A stretch of 64,000 nucleotides of DNA from Hypanus sabinus (taxonomy: Eukaryota), in assembly GCF_030144855.1 (NCBI RefSeq), contig NC_082738.1:41850001-41914000 (forward strand), read 5' to 3'. Below are positions 50,351 through 62,125 of the stretch, in pieces. A program made the position numbers and the translations under genes. Position 1 is the first letter of the stretch. Every line of letters begins with the position of its first letter. The notes beneath the pieces were generated by a model. The model had not been told where the DNA came from. It made no database searches and saw only the letters and a program-made list of their open reading frames with translations.

Positions 50351-50998
50351 ATGCTCAGCTGTCGGACTTGCCAGACATCCCGCCTGTTCCAGCAGCCGGT
50401 GCACACACTGTGGCCCGTTCCGCTCACTGTCATTGAGCCGCTCGAAAGCAACGTGTGGAAACAGGTGGAGGAAATGCGAAAGGGCATGAATTTCATGGAG
50501 AGAATTTTGGAGGAGTTGGCCAAAGATTTCTGGGGGGAAAGACCGCGAATTCGAGCCGGAGCCGATGGAGGTCAGAGCGGAACAGTGGACAAGAGCGGAG
50601 ATGGCTTCTCTGTGTCCCTGGATGTACCGCGATTCTCCCCGGAAGAGCTGAAGGTGAAAGTCCTTGGAAGAAAAGTGCTGGTGACGGGAAAATACGAGAA
50701 GAAGAGCGACGATGGGAGCGGCTCTTACAGCTGCAGACTTGAGGAGTTCAGGAGGGAATTCCAGCTGCCAGAAGGGGTCGATACCCAGGCTGTGAAGTGT
50801 TGCTTGACCGAGGACGGTCGGTTAAAGATAAAAGCCCCGCGCCTGGCTTTCCCCTCTCTGGATGAGCGAATCGTCCCGATCAACATCGAAACCGATACAA
50901 CATCCAGTCCCCGACAGAATCCCAGGGAGAAAGCACAGACAAAGGAGAGTGGAGCAGCGGAGGGGAACAGCGAAACAAAAATGGACAGTTCAGTCTAA
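50351..50998 (+). CDS. Small heat-shock protein HSP30/HSPB9-like, copy A (215 aa, intronless)
   Basis: Alpha-crystallin domain FSVSLDVPRFSPEELKVKVLGRKVLVTGK...EFRREFQLPEGVD...LTEDGRLKIKAP plus C-terminal VPI (IXI) motif; first ATG at 50351; AATAAA at 51143. Confidence 0.92.
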   Translation: MLSCRTCQTSRLFQQPVHTLWPVPLTVIEPLESNVWKQVEEMRKGMNFMERILEELAKDFWGERPRIRAGADGGQSGTVDKSGDGFSVSLDVPRFSPEELKVKVLGRKVLVTGKYEKKSDDGSGSYSCRLEEFRREFQLPEGVDTQAVKCCLTEDGRLKIKAPRLAFPSLDERIVPINIETDTTSSPRQNPREKAQTKESGAAEGNSETKMDSSV

Positions 50999-51399
50999 AG
51001 TTTTAGACTGAAGTTTTCAATAAATCCATTCAAAAGCGTATTTTAACAGTAATGTCATGTCAATTCTTGTTTCCTTGTCAGAAATTGATCGCTGTGTCAA
51101 TATTTATATTCACGTCGAGTATTTTGTATAAATGTATTTAAAAATAAACATCTTAACGGGGAAATCCTTGCTGCGTGTTATTAACTTTGAAAATACACAT
51201 TCGGGTTGTAGACACTTTCACTCCGTGTTAAGGTACTGTAAATTTCGGTTGCTAACCCTGCGCAAACTTCGAGAGTCATTCTCTCATTAACTACATCTTT
51301 GTCCCTATTCATTCATTCCACTATAATTTCCGTTTCGCTGTCACCAGTCTCGGGTGAGCCCTTTACTCCGTTTGCTTCCACATCTCCGTATACAGTATA

Positions 51400-52297
51400 T
51401 GTCATACAGAGGGGGGGATGCGCATTGAAAGCGGACCCTAATGCAAGACAGAGACACTGAAGTACTAGGAACTGGACTGGACTAGACTAGACTAGAGTTA
51501 GGGATGGGACAGGACACAGATTAGGAGCTGGGACAGGAATACAGACTTGGGCTAGGACTTTGGCTCGGAAAGCGGGACCAGTCAAGGAACTGGGAACTAG
51601 GAGCCTGGGCTTGGACTCCGTGCCAGAGACTGGACAAGGACCCAGAACCTGTGTCTTGAGTCGGGCTGGGACCCCGGAACTAGGCGAGGCCATGACGCGG
51701 ATACAGGACTGGACATGGCTTGGGTACTTCAAGGCTTGGCTGCAGGACTAGGCGGGGCTTGGGTTCTTCGACTCTTGGCTGCAGGACGAGACATGCAATT
51801 CCTGCACAGGACGAGGCACATAGATAGGACTAGAACCTGAAGCCCTGACTCGATGTTGGGACACCTGAACACGGGGCTTTGGTCCTGAGAGAGACAGGAA
51901 CACGGGGCCTTGGTCCTGAGAGAAACTGGAACACAGAGCCGGGACCCCTCCTTAGGAACAGGACTTGGGGCCGGGGCTCTAAACAGAGTCAGGACCACTC
52001 CTAGGGAACAGGACTAGGGCCGGGACTCGTACACATAACACAGAGAGTCGGTTCTCAACACAAGATAGTGGGAAACGGCCGGACCTACCTAGCAAAGGTG
52101 TGGACATGGAGACGGTTTCCAAAACAAGGTAGAGGCAAACGACCAGACCTGCCTAGACAAATCGTGGACACAGACACAGTTCCAAACAACAATAGGCAGT
52201 TCCTTATCTAAACACACCAAGGCTCCGGTCTTGCTCCAACGGTAGAACAGGCAAGGCTTCAGGAGGAAGGTGAAGGGAAGGGAACAGTCCAGCAAAA
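51400..52297 (-). mobile_element. Gypsy-like LTR fragment with internal GGACT(A/T)GG-type tandem repeats
   Basis: TGTCA terminus; CACTGAAGTACTAGG is the reverse complement of a motif in the solo LTR at 53534-54164. Confidence 0.5.
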
Positions 52298-54960
52298 GAA
52301 GCTTCTTCTTCTTTTTCGATTTTCAGCAGTTTAGACGCAGCAAGCTGTATTACTGCCCACCGCAGGATGTTTAATTAGTTACAGAGTTTCAAGAAACTCA
52401 AATTCTTGAATATACACTAGTCGCACGTAGAAACAGAATGATAAACTTTTCATTCAGATGGTCTCTTGGTGGACAAAGATTTAACAGAAAAACAAAATAC
52501 ATTTAAGTCAGACAGCCTCTTGACCAATATTCTTCTTTCAATTTTATATCAATTACAACTCAGCAAAACATGCTGAACTGTCTCTGGACTACCACAGTCA
52601 CATAATCCAGTAGGATATCTTCCTATTATCTTTAAGTAATAGTTTAGCCCACAATCCCCAACCTACATCTTGTTAATTTCACAATATCTCTACGATTTAA
52701 AGAGTAACAGTCTGAGACCTTTTTAACTAGTGGGTGACTAGAAAAGAAATGCCTTCCCTTTAATTCATTTTTCCAATCCTCCAGCCATTGCTTCTCTATA
52801 CTTTTTTAAAAAAATCTTACTTCTCAATTTTGCTCTTTCTGAGGGTATTCTAATTCCTACTTGCCCGCTCTGTAAGGAAGACTTTGCAATGCAATCCACA
52901 ATTTAATTTCCCTCCATCCCAGCATGCCCAGGTGTCCATGTAAATCTAACTTCACAACCCATCTTCCCTACACTAACCAAAACTAAGAGAATCTCAATAA
53001 CGATGTCAGGACGAGCTTTTGATTTATTCCCTTTTATAGCCTCTAAGGCAGCAGCAGAATCCGAACAGACGACAACCCTGCATAGTCGAGAGTCTTCTAT
53101 CCACTATAAGGACCGGAGGATTGCTAATAATTCTGTTGCAAAGGCAGAAACACCATCTGAAACCCGGTGACCAATCTCAGCTCCAAGTTGAGACACGTAC
53201 ATCCCAAATCCTGCCTTACTGCTCTCTGGGTCCACTGAGCCATCAGTAAAAATCTTCATAGAAGATCCCCATTTATTATTTAAATATTCATTTACGATCG
53301 ACACTGTTGAAATTGCTCTGCTTCCTTGAAGCTGAAAAAGGAGGAATAGGTCTACTTCTGGTTCTGGCAAAAGCCAAAAAGGAACAGGTGGCAAGCAAAT
53401 TTGGTCAGCTATGTCTTCCTCAATCAGTTTCAATTTCACAGCTCAGATATTAACCTAATCTAAAAATGGATATCTTTTAATTTTACTTTGGCGCTTCGAC
53501 ATCTCCTGCAAAAGTCATTTTGACAGACAGCTGTGTTATGGTCCGGTCCGGAGCCCACATTCCCGGTCTTGATCCAGTCTGCGGACTCCGGACTCTGGGT
53601 CTTGTAGCCGTCCCTCCTTTCACCTTTGAGCCCAGTTAGTCACGCCCATGGATCATGGTGGCTTGTCGGGGCTCAAGGAGGCGCACCTGATGCCCATCGG
53701 CTGGTGGTGTATATAGGGGGCTCTGGGATTGAGTGGAGTTGTTGGTGGGCGTTGTCCTGGTTTGGAGTACTCCTTGTTAAAGATGAGTTCTTTGAGTAAG
53801 TCTGGCAGTCACCCTGGACCTAGTTGCCTGGTGGGGGACTCTGCCCCTACCCATCTCTTGTTGCTGATGGGTTGTGCCCTGCTACCTACCCAGGTGTCCT
53901 GTGACCTGCCCAGGCCCCCGTGTTCCTGCCTGGGAGGTCTGGGCCCTGCCCAGGAGTTATGTGGCCTGCCCAGTGAACTCTGGGATCCTGCCCTGCCTGA
54001 ACTCTAAGACTCTCCTGGAACCCCAGAATCACCTTGAAAGTCACGTCCCTCACACACACCACAGTCACCACATCTTGTCTATCATTTAGTTGTTCCCGTC
54101 CTGCCCCTAGTACTTCAGTGCCTGCGTCCTGCAATTGGGGCCAGCCTCCAGTTCCCTTATGATAAGCTGTGATTGAAACTATTTAGCTTTCCCCAATGCT
54201 GCAGGCCCAACTTAACTCATCTTAAATGTAGAGGCGCTTCTCCCATCTCCACATAATGCAGGGACTGATGTTGTTCTGAAAGTTTCACGGCAGAGTCTAA
54301 GTGCTTTGGACTGCAGTGTCTAATTTTCCAAGTACTGCCGTAGCATCAGATCTATAAGCAATACAACTATCAATTACTGATCTAATCATCGCTAGATGTA
54401 TTAAGTACATAGATTCCCGCCCTGCTCCCCAGTCACATCCAGCAATACTTCTCATAACATCTAAAACTTTCTCACACTTTCCAATAGTTTTATTTATATG
54501 AACCCTCCAAGTAAGACTTTGCTCAAACCGAACACCTAAAAACTTGACTCTTTCTAATGGAGAATCAGATAGACACAATTCACAATCAGGAATCTTTCTT
54601 AATCCAAAATCATAAATTTGGGCTTAGAAGCAGAAATCCTGAAACCCCAAATGTTTGCCCAGTTTTCAACTGACCTGAAAGCCTTTTGTACCTGTTTTAA
54701 TATATACTTGATGTTTCTTCCTCTTTTCCAGATTGTACCATCGTCTGCAAACAATGAGTTGCCCAATCCTGTCCCTACCTGCTCAAAGATATCTTTTATC
54801 ATGACATTAAAAAGAACTGGACTAATGACGCTAAGTGTCATTATCTATTTTAACGGATTTGGAGCTTGTTCCGCCTATTCTTACTTGAATTGTCCTTAAG
54901 AAAATCTTTGATCCAATTAAACGTTCTACCTCTACTTCCCGCATCATGAAGATTAATTAA
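52298..54960 (-). mobile_element. I/Nimb-clade LINE with RNase H, 5'-truncated and degenerate
   Basis: RT SPVLFNVMIKDI...LFADDGTIWKRG, KFLGVRF; RNase H KIFTDGSVDP...ATELLAI; (AAG)n tail at ~52300. Confidence 0.82.
53534..54164 (+). mobile_element. Solo LTR inserted in the LINE
   Basis: TGTTATG...ATGATA termini flanked by a 5-bp AGCTG TSD; internal TATATA. Confidence 0.7.
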
Positions 54961-56704
54961 TAAAGCATCCTTCAGTAAATGAAGCTGAACCCAGGAGCTA
55001 TTTATGTAGCCAGCCCAAAATGAGAATCAGGTGCCTCAATTAGAACACCCAACAGAACAAGGGGAAACGGGAAAACCTGGAATAAGAAACCATTGCCTGG
55101 ACCGTGAACCGGAATGCGGATTTCACGGACCGGAGCATGACAGGATATGGAATGTCTCCATATATTCCACGGACTTCAGTGACATAGAGAGGGGGATGAT
55201 GAATCACTTCCGTATATTGCAGTATTAATCATCATTATTCCTCGCAGAATTGGAGTATTGGGACCCAGCATTGATAATTCCATGCCACGTCGGTCAGTGA
55301 CCCAGGGCACAACTTTTCGGAAGGTAGTCTTCCTCTGCCACTGCAATCACTTTCCTTTTGGGGCACCGGTTTGGGAGATACGGTCTGTGTAAGGTGGACG
55401 AGTAATAGCGGAGTATTTTGTAGATAGGATCCACACAAGTCAAAGTGAGCCATGGGCGAAGGGATGATACAGTCGGGATTTCCCACTCACGATGCCCGTT
55501 TAGAGCTGGGTAGTGTGGGGATGCAATGAAGCCGGGAAGGGTTCAACATTCAATCGTACCCGTGATCAGTTTTTTTCTAAGTGGTTGAAAAGTTTTGTGG
55601 GTCGGAAGCTGCGTTACTTGCTGCAGGATCAGTTTGACTCTGAGCAGCCACGCTTCTCCAATCTGCCAAAGTTTGAGCTCTACCGTTGATTGCTCTCTAT
55701 GTCCCGGGGTATTTAAGGCTGATGCTACCAAAGTGGTGGTAATGCACGTCAGAGATTGCCACCGACTGACACTTGTGTGGCGAGAATGTAACTGTGTTAT
55801 CCTGTACCTGAATGGTGTCATTGAGTTTTTTGCACACAGAGCTTTGACATTTTGTGCAAACACCTGTTTAGAATCGAGCGGTATCGTGGTCCTGCAGTAT
55901 CGCCCGGGAAATTCCAATACTTCTGTCCTGTAGTTAGGAAAATTGAATTTCAAAAAGAATCTTAATTTGTTCAAGGACTTTCGCCCACCTGTACAATGCT
56001 TTCCCATTATGATAAATAACTTTAATAATTGGAGCCGTATTGGATGAAATCTGGCGGGGTTTGTTAAGGCAGGTCGCCCGCTCCAAACTACTGAAACTCA
56101 GGAGCATGGTGCAACACTGCAGAGAGCTGTAATGAGGGAGGGTGTAACTGACCGTGAACTGCCGTGAAATTCTGTCGCTCTGCTTGCTCCCCATTTCTAC
56201 CTCTTGACTCAGTATTTCTTTCGTCCACTCCAAGCTCTGATCCCAGTCTCTCAAACTGTTACGCACTTGCCCCTCTCATTCCCAACTGAGACTCCATCAT
56301 GAAATAACAATTCGCGTCTTAGATAGATCCGAAAAATACATTTACTAAATCACAGACACACAGCCGTAATCAGGTTTCAAATATATATTTATGTTTCGAA
56401 TATTAAGAATGGAAATTTTACAAACTGACATAACAGTTTATATTTTTCAGTAGAGATTAACGCAACAGCCACGATACGGACCATTTGTCAAAGAAATGTA
56501 CTTTACGCACATCAGTTCAAAATTCACCGATAAAACTTATATTCAGAATAAAGTTTATCTGTAACAGAAAATAGTATTCAAAAGTACAGAGAAAAACGTG
56601 AGATTTGCATTGCTAATATTGTAGAAGGTCCCATGAAGTTCAGTTGTACAGTCGGCATTCTCTCAGTGAACTGCGAGAAATGCGGAGCACCGGAACATGA
56701 AGCT

Positions 56705-57355
56705 TCAGTCTTGTTTTCCCTCTGGCCTGATTTCGCCAACCACCCCACTGTCCGGTTCCAGTGCCCCTTCTCCGGGATATAACCGGGGACTGGATGTTGT
56801 ATCGAGTTCGATGTTGATGGGGATATTTCGCTCATCCATAGCCGGCAACACCAGCCGCGGAGCTTGGACCTTTAAGCGACCGTCCCGGGTCAAAGAGCAT
56901 TCCAGAGCCTGAGCATCGACGTCTTCTGGCAACTGGAATTCCCTCCTGAACTCCTCAAGTCTGTAGCTGTAAGAGCCGCTCCCATCGTCGCTCTTCTTCT
57001 CGTATTTTCCCGTCACCAGCACTTTTCTTCCAAGGACTTTCACCTTCAGCTCTTCCGGGGAGAATCGCGGTACATCCAGGGACACAGAGAAGCCATCTCC
57101 GCTCTTGTCCACTGACCTGCCCTGATCTCCCTCTTGATCAGCTCCCGGCATCTGAATTATTGCGCTTTCGTTCCAGGACTGTTTGGCAACCCCCTCGACA
57201 GCTCTGTCGATGAAGTTCATGCCTTTTCGCATTTGCTCGACCCGTTTCCACGCGGTAAGTTCGAATGGGTCAACGCGAGTGAATAGACTAGGCCACGGTG
57301 TGTTCCCAGGCTGCTGGCACAGGCAGGAAGGGTGCGAAGGCCGGCGGTTGCGCAT
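56705..57355 (-). CDS. Small heat-shock protein HSP30/HSPB9-like, copy B (216 aa, intronless)
   Basis: Same alpha-crystallin core, diverged N- and C-termini, IPI motif; accATG at 57355; TATAAAA at 57450-57456 (minus). Confidence 0.92.
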   Translation of the reverse strand: MRNRRPSHPSCLCQQPGNTPWPSLFTRVDPFELTAWKRVEQMRKGMNFIDRAVEGVAKQSWNESAIIQMPGADQEGDQGRSVDKSGDGFSVSLDVPRFSPEELKVKVLGRKVLVTGKYEKKSDDGSGSYSYRLEEFRREFQLPEDVDAQALECSLTRDGRLKVQAPRLVLPAMDERNIPINIELDTTSSPRLYPGEGALEPDSGVVGEIRPEGKQD

Positions 57356-57573
57356 GGTTTCTGCCTCTTCTGTCACCTCTCTGCAAGGCAACTGGCGTGA
57401 AGTGGCCGACCTCAGTTTCTGATCTGCCGCAACCCTCGAGACACACGCCTTTTATATTGCAGGGTAGAGTTGCGGAAGGAGCCGGACAGGGCTGGAACCT
57501 GTGATGTCACTGTTATCCAGTGGCGTCATACCACAGCCTCGTCACAAACAAGAGTTATTCGGCACAGCGCCGC

Positions 57574-57593
57574 CTTCCAGAAATTTCGGGAAC
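57574..57593. promoter_or_regulatory. Perfect four-unit heat-shock element
   Basis: cTTCcaGAAatTTCggGAAc, ~120 bp upstream of the TATA of copy B, in the divergent B/C intergenic region. Confidence 0.85.
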
Positions 57594-59263
57594 ACGTTCA
57601 GCACGTCACTGTCCTCAGGCGGAGAAATGATTGACAGCCCGCGTACGGATAAACAGCACTTCCCAGTCAATCCCAGGCTCATTACATTATTTATCCAGCT
57701 CAGCCATGGGCGCTGCATCACTTGTCTCCAGTTCGGTCTTCTTCCTTAAAGCAGCCAAAATTATCAAAGATCCCAGCAACCCTTTACATTCGCTCTTCTT
57801 CCTCGCGTCATCGGTGGGAAGATACAAAAAATCCTGAAAACATCAATCGCCAGGCTCAAAGTTAACAACTATCCCGCTGTGATAAGGGCATTCAACAGGC
57901 CCCTCCACCGACAGACGGACACGTCTCCTCACTGGCCACCTCGTTCAGTGCTGACACTGTACTTTGCCTGCAATTGTCACGTATTTATTCTGTTATTGTT
58001 TTTCTCCTCAGACAATTTCAGTGCGTTAATATCGATCTGTCTGGGTGGCATGCAAGGTCATGTTTTTCACATTTCCTCGGTACAGGAGAAAATAACAACA
58101 GCAGTATTATTAACAATAATATGGTTATAATCGTCGTCGTCATCATCGTCATATGAACGATACAGTGATTTCCTAAATTAAAGAAAGCCCGCCAACTCTT
58201 TTGTTGCTTCCGGAATGGAGATGGCCGTATCTGGCCATGGCAGTCTTTAAATTAACAGCTGGTGAGGCGTGGAGTTTGCTCGGTGCAGGATGGATGTGGG
58301 AAGGGACTGAAGAAAAGGGGACAAAATGGTGTCAGGATGGGAGGTTGAAATGCCCAGTGCGGGAATGGAGAACAATGAGGGTCTTTGCTCCAGAGAGGAT
58401 TTTTATCAGGAGGTTATGCGGTAGGGGTGGGTGAGGCTGTCAGTGGCCTGATGCTCCAGTGGAGAATTAGGGATTACAGGAGATGTCCGAGACCGGACAT
58501 CTGGCATCAGCAAACTACAATTCATTCCGACAGGCTACGACAGTACTGGCCTTGTGTGCGCGACTGATGGTGAGTGTGAGATTAGTGCAGGAGAGAGGAC
58601 ATGGAGAGGAGCTGAGTCTGGAATAGGTGAGCGGGGTCTGAATTTGAATAGATGGATGTCTCGATGGCAGTTGGTGAGAGGACGTTGAGGAGATAATGAA
58701 GACAGTGCAGGAGAAGGAGCTGAGGTCACTAGAGTGTACAATTTCAGTATGGCCAGGAATGTTTGGAGGGGAGTTAGAGGGGGCTCATATGAGTCACGAG
58801 GCAGGAGGATAAGTGGCGGCAATTGGCGGTGTCAGAGGTCTCGGCTGGTGGCAACCGGAAGAATGTGATAAGCTTTAATTCGCATGCCACCTGTAAAGAT
58901 CAATTGATCAGATGTAAGGTAACGGCAGTAGTGCGGGACAGGAAACGCGAGAACAGAATGCAGATTGAAGAGTGACAGTTGCGGAGAAAGTTCAGTGCAA
59001 GCAGACGAGAAGGTCGGTGCAGTCTTTTCAGTGAAACCCTCAGTTTCGCAGAAATCCCGCGGCGGTCCGGAGAGCTGTCAATCATCTGCCCCGCCCCCTA
59101 GGTACAGGATGAAATGTCTGGAATCGTCCCGAGAGCAGGGCTGAGCTGAGTCACTCTCGTTTGTGGCCAGGCTGCGCAGTGACGACACTCGGTATTATTG
59201 TCATCTCCGCAACCCAAACACTTCTGGCTCATTCTGGCAGCTTCCTCCCCTCCGTCCCTGCAA

Positions 59264-59270
59264 TATAAAA
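59264..59270 (+). promoter_or_regulatory. TATA box of HSP30-like gene C
   Basis: TATAAAA in the same context as copy A. Confidence 0.75.
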
Positions 59271-59364
59271 GGCGTGTGTTCAGAGAGCCTCGGCAGATCA
59301 GAAACCGAGATCCGCCACTTCACGCCAGCCGCCTTTGAGAGAAACGACTGAAGAAGCCGAGACG

Positions 59365-60012
59365 ATGCTCAGCTGTCGGACTTGCCAGACATCCCGCCTG
59401 TTCCAGCAGCCGGTGCACACACTGTGGCCCGTTCCGCTCACTGTCATTGAGCCGCTCGAAAGCAACGTGTGGAAACAGGTGGAGGAAATGCGAAAGGGCA
59501 TGAATTTCATGGAGAGAATTTTGGAGGAGTTGGCCAAAGATTTCTGGGGGGAAAGACCGCGAATTCGAGCCGGAGCCGATGGAGGTCAGAGCGGAACAGT
59601 GGACAAGAGCGGAGATGGCTTCTCTGTGTCCCTGGATGTACCGCGATTCTCCCCGGAAGAGCTGAAGGTGAAAGTCCTTGGAAGAAAAGTGCTGGTGACG
59701 GGAAAATACGAGAAGAAGAGCGACGATGGGAGCGGCTCTTACAGCTGCAGACTTGAGGAGTTCAGGAGGGAATTCCAGCTGCCAGAAGGGGTCGATACCC
59801 AGGCTGTGAAGTGTTGCTTGACCGAGGACGGTCGGTTAAAGATAAAAGCCCCGCGCCTGGCTTTCCCCTCTCTGGATGAGCGAATCGTCCCGATCAACAT
59901 CGAAACCGATACAACATCCAGTCCCCGACAGAATCCCAGGGAGAAAGCACAGACAAAGGAGAGTGGAGCAGCGGAGGGGAACAGCGAAACAAAAATGGAC
60001 AGTTCAGTCTAA
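59365..60012 (+). CDS. Small heat-shock protein HSP30/HSPB9-like, copy C (identical to copy A)
   Basis: Translation identical to copy A in all listed frames; offset 9014 bp. Confidence 0.92.
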   Translation: MLSCRTCQTSRLFQQPVHTLWPVPLTVIEPLESNVWKQVEEMRKGMNFMERILEELAKDFWGERPRIRAGADGGQSGTVDKSGDGFSVSLDVPRFSPEELKVKVLGRKVLVTGKYEKKSDDGSGSYSCRLEEFRREFQLPEGVDTQAVKCCLTEDGRLKIKAPRLAFPSLDERIVPINIETDTTSSPRQNPREKAQTKESGAAEGNSETKMDSSV

Positions 60013-60414
60013 AGTTTTAGACTGAAGTTTTCAATAAATCCATTCAAAAGCGTATTTTAACAGTAATGTCATGTCAATTCTTGTTTCCTTGTCAGAAATT
60101 GATCGCTGTGTCAATATTTATATTCACGTCGAGTATTTTGTATAAATGTATTTAAAAATAAACATCTTAACGAGGAAATCCTTGCTGTGTTATTAACTTT
60201 TACAATGCACAATCGGGTTGTAGACACTTTTACTCCGTGTAAACGGAAATGTTGGTTGCTGAACCCTGTACAAATTTCGAGAGACGCCCTCTAATTCACT
60301 GCATATTAGTCCCCATTCATTCATTCCACTATAATTTCCGTTTCACAGTCACCAGTCTCGGGTGAGCTCCTTTACTCCGTTTCCTTCTGGATCTCCATAT
60401 ATATAGGATGTATG

Positions 60415-61632
60415 TTAGTCAGCATGATTTCCTCAACGGAAAATCTTGCCTGATAAATGTGTTGGAATTCTTTGAAGAAATAAAAAGCAGGACAGACAAA
60501 GGAAAATCTGTTAATGTAGTTACTTGGAATTTCAGTGGAACTTTGACAAGGTACCTCACATGAGACTGCTTTACATGTTAGGGACCCATGGTATTACAGG
60601 AAAGATTCTGGCCTGGTTAAAGAAGTGGCTGATTGGTTGGAGGCAAAAAAATGGGAAGAAAAGGAGCCCTTCCTGGCTGGCTCCCTGTGTTCTACAGAGC
60701 CCTGTATTGAGACCGATAATTTTTCTGTTTCATGCCAATGATTTGGATGATGCAACTGATTTCTTGCAACGTCTGCGGACAATACGAACATGCAGGTAGT
60801 TTTGAGGAAGTAGAGAGGCTACAGAAGGAGGTAGACAGATGAGAATATGCAATGAAATGGCAGCTGTCATACACTGTGGTAGAAGAAATGAAAGAGATGA
60901 ATATTTTCTAAATGGAGAGAAAATACAAAAATCTGAGGCACAAAGGGACTTGGGAGTCCTTGTGCAGGATTCCCCAAAGGTTAACTTGCAGGTTGAGTTT
61001 GTGGTGAGGAAGGCAAATGTGATGTTAGCAGTAATTTCAAGAGGACTAGAATGTAAAAGCGAGGATGTAATGCTGAGGCCTCACTTGGAGTATTGTGAGC
61101 AGGTTTGGGTGCATTGGAAAGGATATGCTAAAACTGAAAAGAGTTCAGAGCAGCTTCACGAAAATGATTTCAGGATTGAATGGTTCATGATATGAAGGGC
61201 GTTTGATGGGTCTGAGCCTATATTCACTAGAATTCAGAAAAATGATGGGATGACCTCATTGAAACCTATTGAATGGTGAAAGGTGAATAGAGTGGATGTG
61301 GAGAGGATGTTTCCTGTGGTGGGAGAGTCAAAGGCCAGAGGACAAGGCCTCAGAATAGAGGGTCATCCTTTTAGAACTGAGATTAGGAGGAATATCTTTA
61401 GCTAGGGAGTGGTGAATCTGTGGAATTGTTTGCCACAGGCAGCTGTGCAGGTCAAACATTTATGTACATTTAAGGCAGTGGATGATAGATTCTTGATTGG
61501 TCAGGGCATGAAGGGATGCAGGGAGAAAGCAAGAGATTGGGGTTGAAAGGAAAATTGGATCAGCCATTATTAAATGGTGGAGCAGACTCGATGGGTCAAA
61601 TGGCCTAATTCTGCTGCTATATCTTATGGTCT
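60415..61632 (+). mobile_element. CR1 LINE RT/3' fragment
   Basis: QHDFLNGKSCLIN...FDKVPHMRLL...QRDLGVLVQDS...RPHLEYCEQVW. Confidence 0.8.
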
Positions 61633-61754
61633 CCTGCTGACAGATTGGTGAGAATAAACGTGACACTGTGTACATTTCCTAGAAGAACATAGCTTCCCTT
61701 TACACAGTAAAGGAGAGCCACAGACAGACAGGACAGGAATAACAGAAGGATGTA

Positions 61755-62125
61755 CAGTTGGCCCTCTGTATGCATGTGTTCCACATCCATGGATTCAACC
61801 ACCTGCCGATCAAAAATATTCAAAAAAAAAGAAATTCCAGGAAATTACAAAAAGCAAAACTTGAATTTGCCATGCGCCGTGCACTACCCTGAATCTACAT
61901 GAATGAAGTAATGTGTAGGCATACCCTGCTGTAGCCTCCCACCATTTCACAGATCCTCAGTCTCTCTCCAGCACTCGTTGTTTGAGCATTGTTCACCTCG
62001 CATCTCCTTAGTTCACTACTTATGAGAGGAAGGAATTTAAGGCTAGAAAGGGATGGCTGGCTAGCTATGTAAAGTGCTACAGCTTCAAGAACTTAAAGAT
62101 CATGGGAGAATTGGCATCGGCTGAT
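61755..62125 (+). mobile_element. Tigger/pogo transposon fragment
   Basis: TA|CAGTTGGCCCTC terminus with GGATTCAACC; CENP-B HTH remnant EFKARKGWLASYVK...GELASAD. Confidence 0.7.

Noticed and set aside
51460-52030. Short spaced GGACTAGG-like repeats resembling an array
   Set aside because: Irregular, degenerate tandem repeats inside an LTR in a eukaryotic genome; not CRISPR.
55543-56266. Overlapping ORFs downstream of HSP copy B; ISRQFTVSYTLP resembles an sHSP strand
   Set aside because: No other alpha-crystallin motifs, TATA box or consistent reading frame; treated as chance similarity.
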